Shown: piece by piece, positions 37,796 to 47,634 of the stretch
How the letters are laid out: the number at the start of each line of letters is the position of its first letter
How positions within the stretch are numbered: position 1 is the first letter of the stretch
DNA from: an uncultured Gammaproteobacteria bacterium
GTDB lineage: Bacteria > Patescibacteriota > Microgenomatia > UBA12405
DNA: 64,000 nt
Assembly: GCA_964544275.1 (NCBI GenBank)
Contig: CAZIZX010000005.1
Coordinates: forward strand, 4,720-68,719
Reading direction: 5' to 3'
Position numbers and translations under genes: made by a program
The notes under the pieces: model-generated
Databases searched by the model: none
What the model saw: the letters and a program-made list of their open reading frames with translations, nothing else
What the model was told of the DNA's origin: nothing

Positions 37796-38117
37796 TGTCT
37801 TATATTAACAAAAAGAAGGTGTTCAGTAAATAATAAAACCGGGTTAGTTAAATATGATAAATAATAAATAACTAGTAGCAGTAGTATTAGGTGGAGTGTA
37901 TAAGTGCAGAGATGGAAACAATTTCCTAAAATATCGAGGTAGATGTAAAAATTAGGGTGTGGATTAGATTGATTTAAAGTTGGTTTTCCATAAAAAACGG
38001 AGAAAGTGGCTTATAAGCTTGCTTGTTGTTTGGGTAAGGTTCGGGGGAAAAAGAGAAAATTAATTGTGGACAAGTCGGTGGATAAATAAAGGAAATTTGT
38101 GGATAAAAATTTTTCTT
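37796..38117. promoter_or_regulatory. Candidate oriC: AT-rich dnaN-dnaA spacer with DnaA-box cluster
   Basis: TGTGGATAA (38098-38106, perfect reverse complement of TTATCCACA), GGTGGATAA (38077-38085), TGTGGACAA (38065-38073), TGTGGATTA (37958-37966); 322 bp with AT-rich stretches. Confidence 0.5.
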
Positions 38118-39464
38118 TTAAAATTTAGACTTGATTTGGTTAATAAGTGTACGGGTTTGTGGGTTTGTGGAAAAGGAGGTATGGATTTTGTCTCGGGCGT
38201 GCATAATACTGGTGTGATCACGTCCACCCAAAAGTTGACCAACTTCATCGAGAGCCAGATTGATGTGGGTGAGAAGTAAATAGGCGGTGATATGGCGGGC
38301 AAAGACAAGATCTTTTTTTCGACTTTTACCACAAAGCTCACCGGTTTTTAGATTAAAATGTTTGGCACAAATTGAGATGAGGTGGCGAGGGTTGGTATTA
38401 AGGGAAGAAGTGGAGGTTGAAGAGGTAGATGAGGGGTTAAAGAGGTTTTGGATAAACTGAAGATCAATCTCCCCCACCCTTTGGGTTTGAGATTGAACAG
38501 AAATTTCTTGCAACTTACCTTCGATGTCTCTAATATTGGAGTCTAAATTTTCGGCCAAAAAAGAGACGGCGTCTGGAGTGATGTTAATTCCCTTGTCTTG
38601 AGCCTTCTGGTTAATAATGGCGGTTCTCATTTCAAAGTCAGGCAGTTGAATGTCAACAGTTAATCCGCCCATAAAACGGGAGACAAGTCGGTCTTCGAGA
38701 TCTTTGATTTCGCTGGGTTTGCGGTCGGAAGTAAGAATTACCTGTTTGCCGGACATGTGGAGGGCATTAAAGGTGTGAAAAAATTCTTCCTGAATGTACT
38801 CTTTGCCGGCAATGAATTGAATATCATCAACTAAGATACAGTCGAGGTGGCGGTATTTTTCTTTGAACTGGTTAATATTTTTGGAACGGAGGGCGAAGAT
38901 GAGTTCATTACCAAAGGTTTCGGCGGGGAAATAACGAACTTTAAACGAGGGGTTGTTTTTGAGTAATTCATGGCCAATGGCTTGCATGAGATGGGTTTTA
39001 CCGACCCCTACTCCGCCCCAGATGAAGAAGGGGTTGTAGGTGGCGCCGGGATTTTTGACAATACCCTGGGCGGCAGCGAAGGCAAAATTATTACTATTGC
39101 CGACAATTAAATTATCGAAGGTGTATTTGGGGTGAAGGTTGGCTGATGGAGCTGGAGTGAGTAGAGGTTGGTTATAAGAAAAGAGAGGGGCGGGAGTGGT
39201 GTTATTGTCAGTTTTTATCGGTTCCTGGACAATAAAGGCGAGGGAGTTGTCGGTTTTGGTTTGGTTGTCGAGAGCACTTTTGAAAAGATCGTAGTAGCGT
39301 TTTTTATTGATATCAACCAGGTAGGAATTGGAACAAGAAATAGTAGCAGTACTGTTTTTGTAGGCAATTAACTGAGTGTTGGCAACAAAAGTTTGGAAGA
39401 CAGCAGGAGCCAGGACGACTTTTAATTCTTCCTGAGTATTTTTCCAAATACGATCAATGTCCAT
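38118..39464 (-). CDS. dnaA: Chromosomal replication initiator protein DnaA
   Basis: AAA+ Walker A GGVGVGKTHLMQAIGHE, C-terminal DnaA-box-binding domain. Start placed at MDIDRIWKNTQEELK (39464) rather than the ORF-track start 39551. Confidence 0.9.
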   Translation of the reverse strand: MDIDRIWKNTQEELKVVLAPAVFQTFVANTQLIAYKNSTATISCSNSYLVDINKKRYYDLFKSALDNQTKTDNSLAFIVQEPIKTDNNTTPAPLFSYNQPLLTPAPSANLHPKYTFDNLIVGNSNNFAFAAAQGIVKNPGATYNPFFIWGGVGVGKTHLMQAIGHELLKNNPSFKVRYFPAETFGNELIFALRSKNINQFKEKYRHLDCILVDDIQFIAGKEYIQEEFFHTFNALHMSGKQVILTSDRKPSEIKDLEDRLVSRFMGGLTVDIQLPDFEMRTAIINQKAQDKGINITPDAVSFLAENLDSNIRDIEGKLQEISVQSQTQRVGEIDLQFIQNLFNPSSTSSTSTSSLNTNPRHLISICAKHFNLKTGELCGKSRKKDLVFARHITAYLLLTHINLALDEVGQLLGGRDHTSIMHARDKIHTSFSTNPQTRTLINQIKSKF

Positions 39465-39519
39465 AATATTGGTTGTAAGACAGGCAGATTTGAGGCTGTC
39501 AGAGGCAGGAAAAATTAAC

Positions 39520-39528
39520 TTATCCACA
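39520..39528. promoter_or_regulatory. Consensus DnaA box TTATCCACA upstream of dnaA (a second box TGTGGATAT lies at 39608-39616 upstream of rpmH)
   Basis: Exact 9-mer match in the divergent dnaA/rpmH promoter region. Confidence 0.5.
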
Positions 39529-39631
39529 TTGATGATATAAGAGTTTTCCACAAAAGAAAAGATATCAAAGAAGAGTTGGTTTGGAAATTTGCAAATATAA
39601 TCTAAGGTGTGGATATGTTAAAATAACCGCT

Positions 39632-39769
39632 ATGGTAAAAAGAACATATCAACCTAAAAAAGGCAAAAGAGCCAGAGTTCATGGATTTTTGAAAAGAATG
39701 ACGACTCAAGTGGGTAGAAGAGTGTTGAAAAGAAGAAGGATTAAGGGTAGGAAAAAATTAACAGTGTAA
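39632..39769 (+). CDS. rpmH: 50S ribosomal protein L34
   Basis: [23 protein letters not shown]..., 45 aa. Confidence 0.85.
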   Translation: MVKRTYQPKKGKRARVHGFLKRMTTQVGRRVLKRRRIKGRKKLTV

Positions 39770-39782
39770 AGAAGTCAGATAA

Positions 39783-40112
39783 GTGCTTAAAAAAATAAAC
39801 AGAATTGATAAGAAGAAAGATTTTGGGGAAGTAATGGAAAAAGGGAGGCTGTGGCAGTCCCCTTTTTTTGGTTTAAAGGTATTGAAAGGTGGAGATGGGG
39901 TTAAGTTTGGTTTTGTAATATCAAGAAAAATATCCAAAAAGGCGGTAGACAGAAACAAGATCAAACGGGTATTGGCTGAAGTGGTAAGAAAGAAAATGGA
40001 AAGTGAAAAGGTGGAAGGCAGGATGATTTTTTTGATTAAAAAGAAAGCTTTGGGAGTAAAGTATAAGGATTTTGAGGTGGAAATTGATCGTTTATGGAAG
40101 GATTTGGGGTGA
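39783..40112 (+). CDS. rnpA: Ribonuclease P protein component
   Basis: Position after rpmH; basic protein with [21 protein letters not shown]. Confidence 0.8.
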   Translation: MLKKINRIDKKKDFGEVMEKGRLWQSPFFGLKVLKGGDGVKFGFVISRKISKKAVDRNKIKRVLAEVVRKKMESEKVEGRMIFLIKKKALGVKYKDFEVEIDRLWKDLG

Positions 40113-40312
40113 AGAGGTTTCTATTAAAATTAATTTTATTTTATAAAGAAAATATCAGTTGGGGTTGGAATTGCCGGTTTGTGCCGACTTGTAGCCAATA
40201 TGCTTATGAAGCGGTGGATAAGTATGGATCAATTAGAGGTTTGTACTTGGCAGTTAAAAGAATTTTGAGGTGTAATCCTTTTAATAAAGGTGGCGTTGAT
40301 CTGTTAGAATAG
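40094..40312 (+). CDS. yidD: Membrane protein insertion efficiency factor YidD
   Basis: [25 protein letters not shown]...[12 protein letters not shown]. Confidence 0.75.
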   Translation: MEGFGVKRFLLKLILFYKENISWGWNCRFVPTCSQYAYEAVDKYGSIRGLYLAVKRILRCNPFNKGGVDLLE

Positions 40313-40317
40313 CTTTT

Positions 40318-41094
40318 ATGAATATTTTTATTTCGCCGTTTGTTAATGCGCTTTTTGGAATTTATTACCTCTTGGGAAATTTGGGTTGGGCGGTAGTGGT
40401 AGTGACGGTGATGATTAGATTATTATTGTTACCTTTGGTGTTGCCTAGCTTGAAGTCGGCTAAAAAAATGAGGGATTTGCAACCTAAGTTAAAGAAAATT
40501 CAAGAAAAACATAAAGGAGATAAGCAAAAGTTGGCTCAGGCCCAAATGGAGTTGTATAAACAGGAAGGAGTAAATCCCCTATCCGGGTGTATGCCGCAGT
40601 TGCTTCAAATAGCGGTGCTGTTGTTGTTTTTTTCGGCGTTTAATGTGGTGACAGGTTTGGCCGAGGGGCGATTGGGGGTGGAAGTGGTGAATCAACACCT
40701 GATTAGTAATTTTAAAATCGATGAGAATTTTCAGTTTAATAAAACGTTTTTCGGGGCAGATATTACTCAAACTCCATCAAGGATTATTAGCGGAGATTTG
40801 GGAATTCAGGTAGTCTTGCCTTTGGTTTTGTTGTTGGGTTCGGGGGCATTGCAATTTTTGGTATCAAAGTTGATGGCGCCAAATCCCAAAACCAGCGAAC
40901 AAATCGCTAAGAAAACGGAAGATAAGGAAGATGATATGATGGCGGCAATGAGGACGCAGACGACTTATTTTATGCCGATCATGACTATTGTTATTGGCTG
41001 GAATTTTACAATAGGAATATTGGTTTACTGGTTTGTGAACTCTTTGGTAATGCTAATACAGCAATTAGTGGCTGATAGATTAGCTAAAACCTAG
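40318..41094 (+). CDS. yidC: Membrane protein insertase YidC (short Gram-positive/Oxa1-type)
   Basis: VVTVMIRLLLLPL TM1, QELYKQEGVNPLSGCMPQLLQ, 258 aa. Confidence 0.85.
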   Translation: MNIFISPFVNALFGIYYLLGNLGWAVVVVTVMIRLLLLPLVLPSLKSAKKMRDLQPKLKKIQEKHKGDKQKLAQAQMELYKQEGVNPLSGCMPQLLQIAVLLLFFSAFNVVTGLAEGRLGVEVVNQHLISNFKIDENFQFNKTFFGADITQTPSRIISGDLGIQVVLPLVLLLGSGALQFLVSKLMAPNPKTSEQIAKKTEDKEDDMMAAMRTQTTYFMPIMTIVIGWNFTIGILVYWFVNSLVMLIQQLVADRLAKT

Positions 41095-41118
41095 AAGAAA
41101 CATGCTAGAATAGCGACT

Positions 41119-41607
41119 ATGGTAAGCAATAAAGAAAGAAATGAAATAATTCTTCAGCTAACTTGTGAGTTTTTGGAGAAAATGAATTTTGAGTTGGAAA
41201 ATGCGTTTGTGGAAGATGTGGTAGGAGAAGAGGGTGAGGAGGATCAAGTGTTGGTAGGGGTAAAAGTAAACAATCCGGCGAGTTTAATCGGGTATAGGGG
41301 TAGGAATTTGGCGGCGATTCAACTAATTTTGTCTTTGATGGTGAAGAACAAACTGGAAAAGTGGGTGAGGGTGCTTCTGGATGTAAATAACTATCGGGAG
41401 GAGCAAAAGGAAAGATTGGAAAATATGGCAAGGAACTTGGCCGAGAAAGTACTAGAGACGGGAAAGGCGGTGTCGATGGCTAATATGAGTTCGTATGAAA
41501 GAAGGATTTGTCATATGGTGGTGGCTGGAATTGAAGGAGTGGTGAGTGAGTCAGAAGGCGAAGGTGAAGATCGGCATGTGGTGATAAGGCTGGTAGGTAA
41601 AGAATGA
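41119..41607 (+). CDS. Jag/KhpB-like RNA-binding protein (KH + R3H)
   Basis: Position after yidC; C-terminal R3H-like YERRICHMVVAGIEGVVSESEGEGEDRHVVIRLV. Confidence 0.7.
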   Translation: MVSNKERNEIILQLTCEFLEKMNFELENAFVEDVVGEEGEEDQVLVGVKVNNPASLIGYRGRNLAAIQLILSLMVKNKLEKWVRVLLDVNNYREEQKERLENMARNLAEKVLETGKAVSMANMSSYERRICHMVVAGIEGVVSESEGEGEDRHVVIRLVGKE

Positions 41608-41620
41608 TAAGATAAGGCTG

Positions 41621-42805
41621 GTGGAGAAAACCCTTTTTTTTATATTTTTGCTTCTGGTTCCGACACAATTGGGCAGACATTTTTGGCCGGAATGGAGTTA
41701 CGTGGCGGGAATAAGAGTGGATTACCTATCCCCGACTCTGTATCTGATTGATTTGGTGTTTTTGGGATTGTGGGTGGTGAAAACAAAGAAAGAAAGAAGA
41801 TTTGATGTTAAAAAATGGTGCTGGCTATTAGTTTTGCTAATAAGCGGGTGGGTGGTAGCAGAAAGTAAATGGCTTTTGATCTATAGTTTGATTAGAATAT
41901 GGCAGGTAGCTTGGTTGGTAACTTATGTTCGAAATAACAGGATACAAGCAAGGAAAAGTTTGGTTAAGACAATCCCCTGGTGGATAGGAGGACAAAGTAT
42001 TTTGGGTTTGGCTCAGGTGATGAAGGGAGGGAGTATTCAAGGGTTGTTTTATTGGCTGGGAGAGAGGAGGTTTAATTACACCACAATCGGGACGGCTTTG
42101 TTTTCGTTGGATGGCCAGGGTCTGGTCAGGGGTTACGGGACTTTTTCGCATCCGAATAGTTTAGCCGGATTTTTACTGGTGGCGATGGTATTGTGGGTAT
42201 CTTGGAAGAAAGAAGTAAAAGCAGTCGGATGGTGGATAGTTTGGTGGATGGGTACGGTGGGTGTATTAATTGCGGCCAGTCGGATGATTTGGGTACTGAC
42301 GATATTTTTTGGTGGTTGGGGTTTAGTGAAATTGATAAAAGGAAAAAAAGATCGGTGGTTGTTTGGAGTTTTGAGTTTGGTGTTGGTGGTTGGGGTGATT
42401 TTTCAAATTAATAACAATTATGTTAAAGAAAGTTGGTTGGGAGGCTGGGACAAGGATAGCTTGAGTAAGAGGGTCGAATTGAATAAATCGGCGTGGAAAA
42501 TGATTGGTGATAATCCTTTGGCAGGAGTAGGACTGGGGAATTTTTTGGTGGAATTACCTAAATATCAGGAGAAATTGTGGTTGCAACCGGTACATAATTT
42601 GGGATTATTGGCCTTGAGCCAAACGGGAGTGGTGGGGGTATTGTTGAGTGTCTGGGGATGGTGGAATATAAGGACGAAAAAGAAAAGGATGACCGTCCAA
42701 ATGGTGGCTTTGGGGGTAATTGGGGTGAGTGGGATGGTGGATCACTATTGGTTGACGTTACCTCAGAATTACTGGCTTTTGGGAATAGTGCTGGGTTTGG
42801 TTTAG
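41621..42805 (+). CDS. O-antigen ligase/polymerase (Wzy_C)-like polytopic membrane protein
   Basis: At least 10 TM helices with a large extracytoplasmic loop near the C-terminal third. Confidence 0.5.
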   Translation: MEKTLFFIFLLLVPTQLGRHFWPEWSYVAGIRVDYLSPTLYLIDLVFLGLWVVKTKKERRFDVKKWCWLLVLLISGWVVAESKWLLIYSLIRIWQVAWLVTYVRNNRIQARKSLVKTIPWWIGGQSILGLAQVMKGGSIQGLFYWLGERRFNYTTIGTALFSLDGQGLVRGYGTFSHPNSLAGFLLVAMVLWVSWKKEVKAVGWWIVWWMGTVGVLIAASRMIWVLTIFFGGWGLVKLIKGKKDRWLFGVLSLVLVVGVIFQINNNYVKESWLGGWDKDSLSKRVELNKSAWKMIGDNPLAGVGLGNFLVELPKYQEKLWLQPVHNLGLLALSQTGVVGVLLSVWGWWNIRTKKKRMTVQMVALGVIGVSGMVDHYWLTLPQNYWLLGIVLGLV

Positions 42806-42813
42806 AATAAGTA

Positions 42814-44028
42814 ATGTTTAAAAGACCGATGGTTAATACGTTGGTTCAAGTGGTGGGTAAAGCGGTGGCAGTTGGTGTCGGATTGATAACAACCGGGATG
42901 TTGACAAGACGGTTGGGGGCAGATATTTACGGTGGATTTATTCTGATCAGTTCGTTATTTGTGTTTTTGGACTCAATGGCGGACTTTGGGACGAAAATTA
43001 TCGGAGTAAGAGAAGCCAGTGGAGTTGAGGGCTGGGAAAGAGAAAGTAAGTGGGTTCAAGTTGGCTGGTTGAGGTTGTTTTTGAGTGGAGTGTCGTTTTT
43101 GTTAGGGTTGGTGGTAGTAAACAGTTGGGGTGGATTTGCTTTGATGAGAAAAGAAGCAATTTTGGGATTAACCATGATATTTTTTACATCGATTGCCGGG
43201 AGCATTGAAATTATCTGGCAGACAAAGATGAGGATGGAGTTAAAGGTAATAATTGAAAGCAGCTTTCCCCTACTGTTTTTGATGTTGCTGTGGTTTGGGG
43301 ATGGGAGAGTGACTTTGTGGTTAGTGTTTGTTTTTCTTTTGGTGGCCAGAGTGGTAAGTTTAGGACTTGGTTTGTTGGCAATAAAGCTTTTGGGTGTAAT
43401 TAAAACGATAGGTAAAATTGATAAAACAGAGGTAAGACGACTATTAAAAGAATCATGGCCGATGGGAGTCTACCTGCTGGTTTTTGCTTCATATGACCGG
43501 GCGGTAGATTCGTTAATGATTGAACGATTGGCGGGTATAAGAGAGGTGGCCTGGTATGGATTGGCATATAAAATTTACGCTACCTTACTCCAGCCGGTTT
43601 ATTTTTATGTAAGCAGCATTTTCCCATTAATGTCGTCGAAATTAACCGATAAAAAAAAGTTAATGAGTTATTCAAAATTAATTATCGGCGGCTCGCTTTT
43701 GGTGGGATTACCGTTGGCCTACTGGCTGTCGCCATGGGTGGTTGAGGTCTTGGCTGGGAGCGAGTTTTTGCCTTCGGTGGCAATTTTCAGAATTTTATTA
43801 TTAGCCATGTCTTTTTCCTACTTAAATCATCTTTGGGGTTTTAATCTGATTGCCAAAAAGGGCCAGAGCCAAATGCTTCAGGTCGGACTGATAGCCTTGG
43901 TGACTAATGTCGGCTTAAATTTAATTATTATCCCAAGATTTGGGATAATCGGTGCGGCTTGGGTAACAGTGGCAACCGAGGCGATTTCGTTTTTGGGAGT
44001 AAGATGGTTTTTGGCTAGAGTAGCTTAG
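42814..44028 (+). CDS. Polysaccharide biosynthesis protein / Wzx-like flippase (MOP superfamily)
   Basis: 404 aa, ~12 TM helices, N-terminal VGKAVAVGVGLITTGMLTRRLGADIYGGF. Confidence 0.7.
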   Translation: MFKRPMVNTLVQVVGKAVAVGVGLITTGMLTRRLGADIYGGFILISSLFVFLDSMADFGTKIIGVREASGVEGWERESKWVQVGWLRLFLSGVSFLLGLVVVNSWGGFALMRKEAILGLTMIFFTSIAGSIEIIWQTKMRMELKVIIESSFPLLFLMLLWFGDGRVTLWLVFVFLLVARVVSLGLGLLAIKLLGVIKTIGKIDKTEVRRLLKESWPMGVYLLVFASYDRAVDSLMIERLAGIREVAWYGLAYKIYATLLQPVYFYVSSIFPLMSSKLTDKKKLMSYSKLIIGGSLLVGLPLAYWLSPWVVEVLAGSEFLPSVAIFRILLLAMSFSYLNHLWGFNLIAKKGQSQMLQVGLIALVTNVGLNLIIIPRFGIIGAAWVTVATEAISFLGVRWFLARVA

Positions 44029-44312
44029 GTTTGATATATTTCCCTATTTAATATACTGACAGTTTTTCTGGGTCTAAAAACGGCCTAAATGGAGTGTTCG
44101 AACGGTTTTTGGAATTAAATTAGCTTTAACTGCAGCCACAGAAAAGTCCAATTATCAGTACAAATTATTAATAAACAAACCATTGTCGTTATGACAATTT
44201 TTCACGTTACTAACCACCCACCCAAGTTTACCCAAAGGAAAAAGTAATGAAATAACCGCAGAATAACCGATATATTACCGCAAGCTAGTTTGAAAGTGAA
44301 AATTAGATTAAA

Positions 44313-47252
44313 ATGATTAATATGAATAAGGCTTTGCCGACAGCAATTATTGTCGGAATCGAGCATTTTGTGGCTCAGCGATTAGCGGCAATATTGTTGT
44401 CCAGGGATATTAATGTAATTGGGGTGGGAGAGTATGCGGGAGGGTTTCAGGAAGAAAAGAACTATGAATATCGGGTATCTTTGGATGAGGTTGAGGAAAA
44501 GGTAAATTATGTATTTGATTTTGTGGGCGAGGTAGAGAGTTGGGAGTTAGCGGTAAAAGGCCAGGCAAAGCTGACAGTGGTGTCAGTTAACAAAAAAAAT
44601 ATTGGCAGAGAGGTAGTGGCGGAATTGGCGAAAAGTAACTTTAACTGGAGAGTGGTGGAGACTTTTGGAGTTTATGGTGTTGGAATGGAGGAGGATGGTT
44701 TTTTGGCGGAAGCGATCAGGCAGGCGGTGAGAAATGAAAACTTGAGATTGCCGCGAGTGGGAAAGATTTACAGACTTTTGAGCGTCGAGGATGCGGTGGA
44801 AGTGATTTTGAGGGCAAGTTTTCTGTCGGGGACGGAGGGGGAGGTTTATAAAATTTGGGGAATGGAGACAAACACAGCAGAGGTGGCCGAAGTGTTGATA
44901 GATGAGGCCAAGATGACAAAAATGAAGGTGATGCAGGAAGAAATTGATTTGGAAGAGGAGGATGAGGCTGAAATGCTGGAAAGCAGGAGAAAACTAAGAT
45001 GGCAACCGGAGGTGGGCTTTTCGGAGGGAATAAAGGAGACGTTACAATATTTTTTTTCCAAGGTGGACGAGGAAAACCGGAGAAGAAAGAATGAAAAGCG
45101 AAATATAACAAGAGAGGTAGTGGAAGAAATAGTGGAAAAGCCGAGGTTGATGGAGGTGATGGTGGAGGAGGAAGATGAGGTGGTGAGGGAAGTAGAGCCA
45201 GAACCGGAATTGGAATTAGTAGTGGAGGAGGAAGATGAGGAAGAAGAGATTCAACCTTTGGAACTGAAAAATTCAAATATGAGGCCGATAGCTGAGGAGG
45301 TAGATGAAGAAGTGGAGGAGAGAGTGGTTGAGTCGAAAATGGAAAAAGAGGAAGAGAGAGAGAAAAAAGCGGAGCTGTCGGAAGAAATTATGATCCCAAG
45401 AAGAAAAGCCAATCCTTGGAAATATTGGTATGTTGGGGTAATTTTGAGTTTGTTTTTGGTTCTGGTAATACCGGTGTGGTTGGGAGTGGTAGGGGTAGGC
45501 ACTTATAGAGGTGTAGTTAAAAGTCTGGAGTTAATAGAGGAGAGAAAGTTGGATGAGGCTGAAGAATTAATTGATAAAAGTTTAGAGCGGGTGAAAAGAA
45601 CGGATAAAAGGATTGATGAATTAGGGCTAAATAGTCTGAGCTGGTTGAGAAATTATCAGAAATTATTAAAAGTGTCTGAAGGGGTGATGGTGACTGGTTT
45701 GAGTGGGATGGAACTTTTGAAAAGCGGCGATGCGATGAGTGAGGCTGTTTTGGGTGAGAAAGAAATAGACTGGGACAATCAGGTTGGCTTGGTGAGGTTG
45801 AATATTAACGATCTTTTTGAAGAAAGTGGGGTGTTGCAGGCGAGGTTGGGTGGGGATTGGACATGGTTGCCATCAAGGTGGCGGGCTTGGCCACAGAAAG
45901 GAGCGAGGCAAATTGATGAGTTGAGGAAGGATTTGGAGCTGGGAGATCAAATACTTGAAGTAATGCCGGAGATTTTGGGATTGGATGGTAAAAAAAAGGA
46001 ATATATGGTTTTGCTGCAAAACGAAACGGAATTGAGGCCAGGAGGAGGGTTTATCGGATCGGTGGCATTTTTGAGTTTTTTGGAGGGTAGGTTAACTGGG
46101 TTTGAGGTTAAAGATGTTTATGAAATAGACGGTCAGTTGAAGGGGCACGTGGAGCCGCCGGTGGAAATAAGAGACTATTTGGGTGAGGCTGGTTGGTTTA
46201 TGAGGGATGCTAATTGGAATCCAAACTTTATGGTTTCGAGCGCTCAAATACAATGGTTTTTGGAGAAGTCAGTGGGGAAGAAGGTGGATGGAGTAATCGG
46301 GATGAATTTGGCGGTGGCTAAAGAGCTGCTGGGGGTGGTGGGGGAAGTGACAGTAGCGGATTTTCGGGAAAAGGTTAATAAAGACAATTTATATGAGCAA
46401 GCACAGTTTTATGCCGAGACAAAATTTTTCCCCGGATCAATTCAGAAAGCCAGTTTTTTGGGAGGAGTGAGTAAGCAACTATTTGAGGAAATTAAATTAA
46501 TGGATAGTAATAAGAAGTTGAGATTGGGAAAAGTGCTGTTGACTATGCTGGAAAGCAATGATTTGCAAATGGCGTTTAACGATAAAAAGGTTTCCAGTAA
46601 AATGGCGGAAATGAGTTGGGACGGGGCGATGTATGTGGGAAAGTGCAGGAACGAGGATTGTGTGAGTGATTATTTGTATGTAGTTGAAGCCAATGTGGGA
46701 GTGAACAAGGCTAATTATTTTTTGTACAGGAATATTGAGCAGTTGGTGGATATTGGTCAGCGATCGGTGAGTAGGATCGTTAAAGTTAATTACGAAAATA
46801 CGGCCAAGAATAGTAATTGGCCGGGAGGGGATTACAAAAATTATTTAAGGGTATATCTGCCAAACAATATCAACGTAGCTCAGGTGAGTATAAGTGACAG
46901 TGACAAACCGGAATCTTTGAAAATATATAGTCGAGACGAATTAAAAATCGGACAGTTTGGGCAAAAGACAGAATTGGGGTTCCTGGTGACAGTGCCAGTA
47001 AGTAGCAAGAGAACAGTAGAGATAAGATATTCGAGTGAGATGAGCTTGAGCGACAAGGACAAGTATTCTTATATTCATTACATTCAAAGACAGCCGGGCT
47101 ATGGTGACACGGCGGCGGTGGTATTGGTATCGATGCCAAGTTCGTGGCAAGCTTTGCAGGTACAACCATCGGCGAGCCTGGTGGGGGGAAAGTTGTTATT
47201 TAACCAAAAGTTGGACAGGGATATTAAAATGGGGGTGGAGCTGGCAAGATAG
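44313..47252 (+). CDS. Giant membrane-anchored protein: N-terminal Rossmann-like domain, Glu-rich low-complexity linker, single TM helix, large C-terminal DUF4012-like extracytoplasmic domain
   Basis: E-rich tract around nt 45060-45380, TM helix WKYWYVGVILSLFLVLVIPVWLGVVGVG, C-terminal GGGFIGSVAFL...RDANWNPNF. Confidence 0.5.
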   Translation: MINMNKALPTAIIVGIEHFVAQRLAAILLSRDINVIGVGEYAGGFQEEKNYEYRVSLDEVEEKVNYVFDFVGEVESWELAVKGQAKLTVVSVNKKNIGREVVAELAKSNFNWRVVETFGVYGVGMEEDGFLAEAIRQAVRNENLRLPRVGKIYRLLSVEDAVEVILRASFLSGTEGEVYKIWGMETNTAEVAEVLIDEAKMTKMKVMQEEIDLEEEDEAEMLESRRKLRWQPEVGFSEGIKETLQYFFSKVDEENRRRKNEKRNITREVVEEIVEKPRLMEVMVEEEDEVVREVEPEPELELVVEEEDEEEEIQPLELKNSNMRPIAEEVDEEVEERVVESKMEKEEEREKKAELSEEIMIPRRKANPWKYWYVGVILSLFLVLVIPVWLGVVGVGTYRGVVKSLELIEERKLDEAEELIDKSLERVKRTDKRIDELGLNSLSWLRNYQKLLKVSEGVMVTGLSGMELLKSGDAMSEAVLGEKEIDWDNQVGLVRLNINDLFEESGVLQARLGGDWTWLPSRWRAWPQKGARQIDELRKDLELGDQILEVMPEILGLDGKKKEYMVLLQNETELRPGGGFIGSVAFLSFLEGRLTGFEVKDVYEIDGQLKGHVEPPVEIRDYLGEAGWFMRDANWNPNFMVSSAQIQWFLEKSVGKKVDGVIGMNLAVAKELLGVVGEVTVADFREKVNKDNLYEQAQFYAETKFFPGSIQKASFLGGVSKQLFEEIKLMDSNKKLRLGKVLLTMLESNDLQMAFNDKKVSSKMAEMSWDGAMYVGKCRNEDCVSDYLYVVEANVGVNKANYFLYRNIEQLVDIGQRSVSRIVKVNYENTAKNSNWPGGDYKNYLRVYLPNNINVAQVSISDSDKPESLKIYSRDELKIGQFGQKTELGFLVTVPVSSKRTVEIRYSSEMSLSDKDKYSYIHYIQRQPGYGDTAAVVLVSMPSSWQALQVQPSASLVGGKLLFNQKLDRDIKMGVELAR

Positions 47253-47254
47253 AG

Positions 47255-47572
47255 ATGAAAAATTTTATCAGAAAGAAAGAGAATTTCTGGTGCAATAACT
47301 GTGGGGTTGAGGTGGTGGGGGATGGTTACACAGACCACTGCCCCAATTGTTTATGGGGAAAGCATGTTGACGATAAAATTCCGGGAGACAGAGGAAATAA
47401 GTGCCGAGGGGCAATGAGACCGGTGGGGGTAGTTTATGAAAAAGAGGGTTTTAGAATTTACTATGAGTGCCAAAGGTGCGGGCATAAATTTCGGGTAAGG
47501 GAGGGGGTTGGGGACAATAGGGAGGAGTTGATCAAATTGGCAAGCGGAGAAATATCGGAAAAAATGCGGTGA
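47255..47572 (+). CDS. RNHCP-like zinc-ribbon protein
   Basis: FWCNNCGVEVVGDGYTDHCPNCLWGKH...YECQRCGHKF. Starts 3 nt after the previous stop. Confidence 0.5.
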   Translation: MKNFIRKKENFWCNNCGVEVVGDGYTDHCPNCLWGKHVDDKIPGDRGNKCRGAMRPVGVVYEKEGFRIYYECQRCGHKFRVREGVGDNREELIKLASGEISEKMR

Positions 47573-47634
47573 AAAGTTTAGCCTAGCTTGGGAAAGAAAG
47601 CATTTTAGCTTGGAATAGGTGATATAATAATCCG

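Noticed and set aside
44716-45502. ORF-track ORFs on the minus strand inside the Glu-rich region (186 aa, 83 aa) and other antisense ORFs inside dnaA, ftsH, VirB4, the CHAP protein, the SLT protein and elsewhere
   Set aside because: They lie antisense to genes with strong family-level motifs, are Pro/Ser/Leu-rich as expected from reverse-complement reading of GAG/GAA-rich or GC-richer coding sequence, and have no start context. Treated as spurious.
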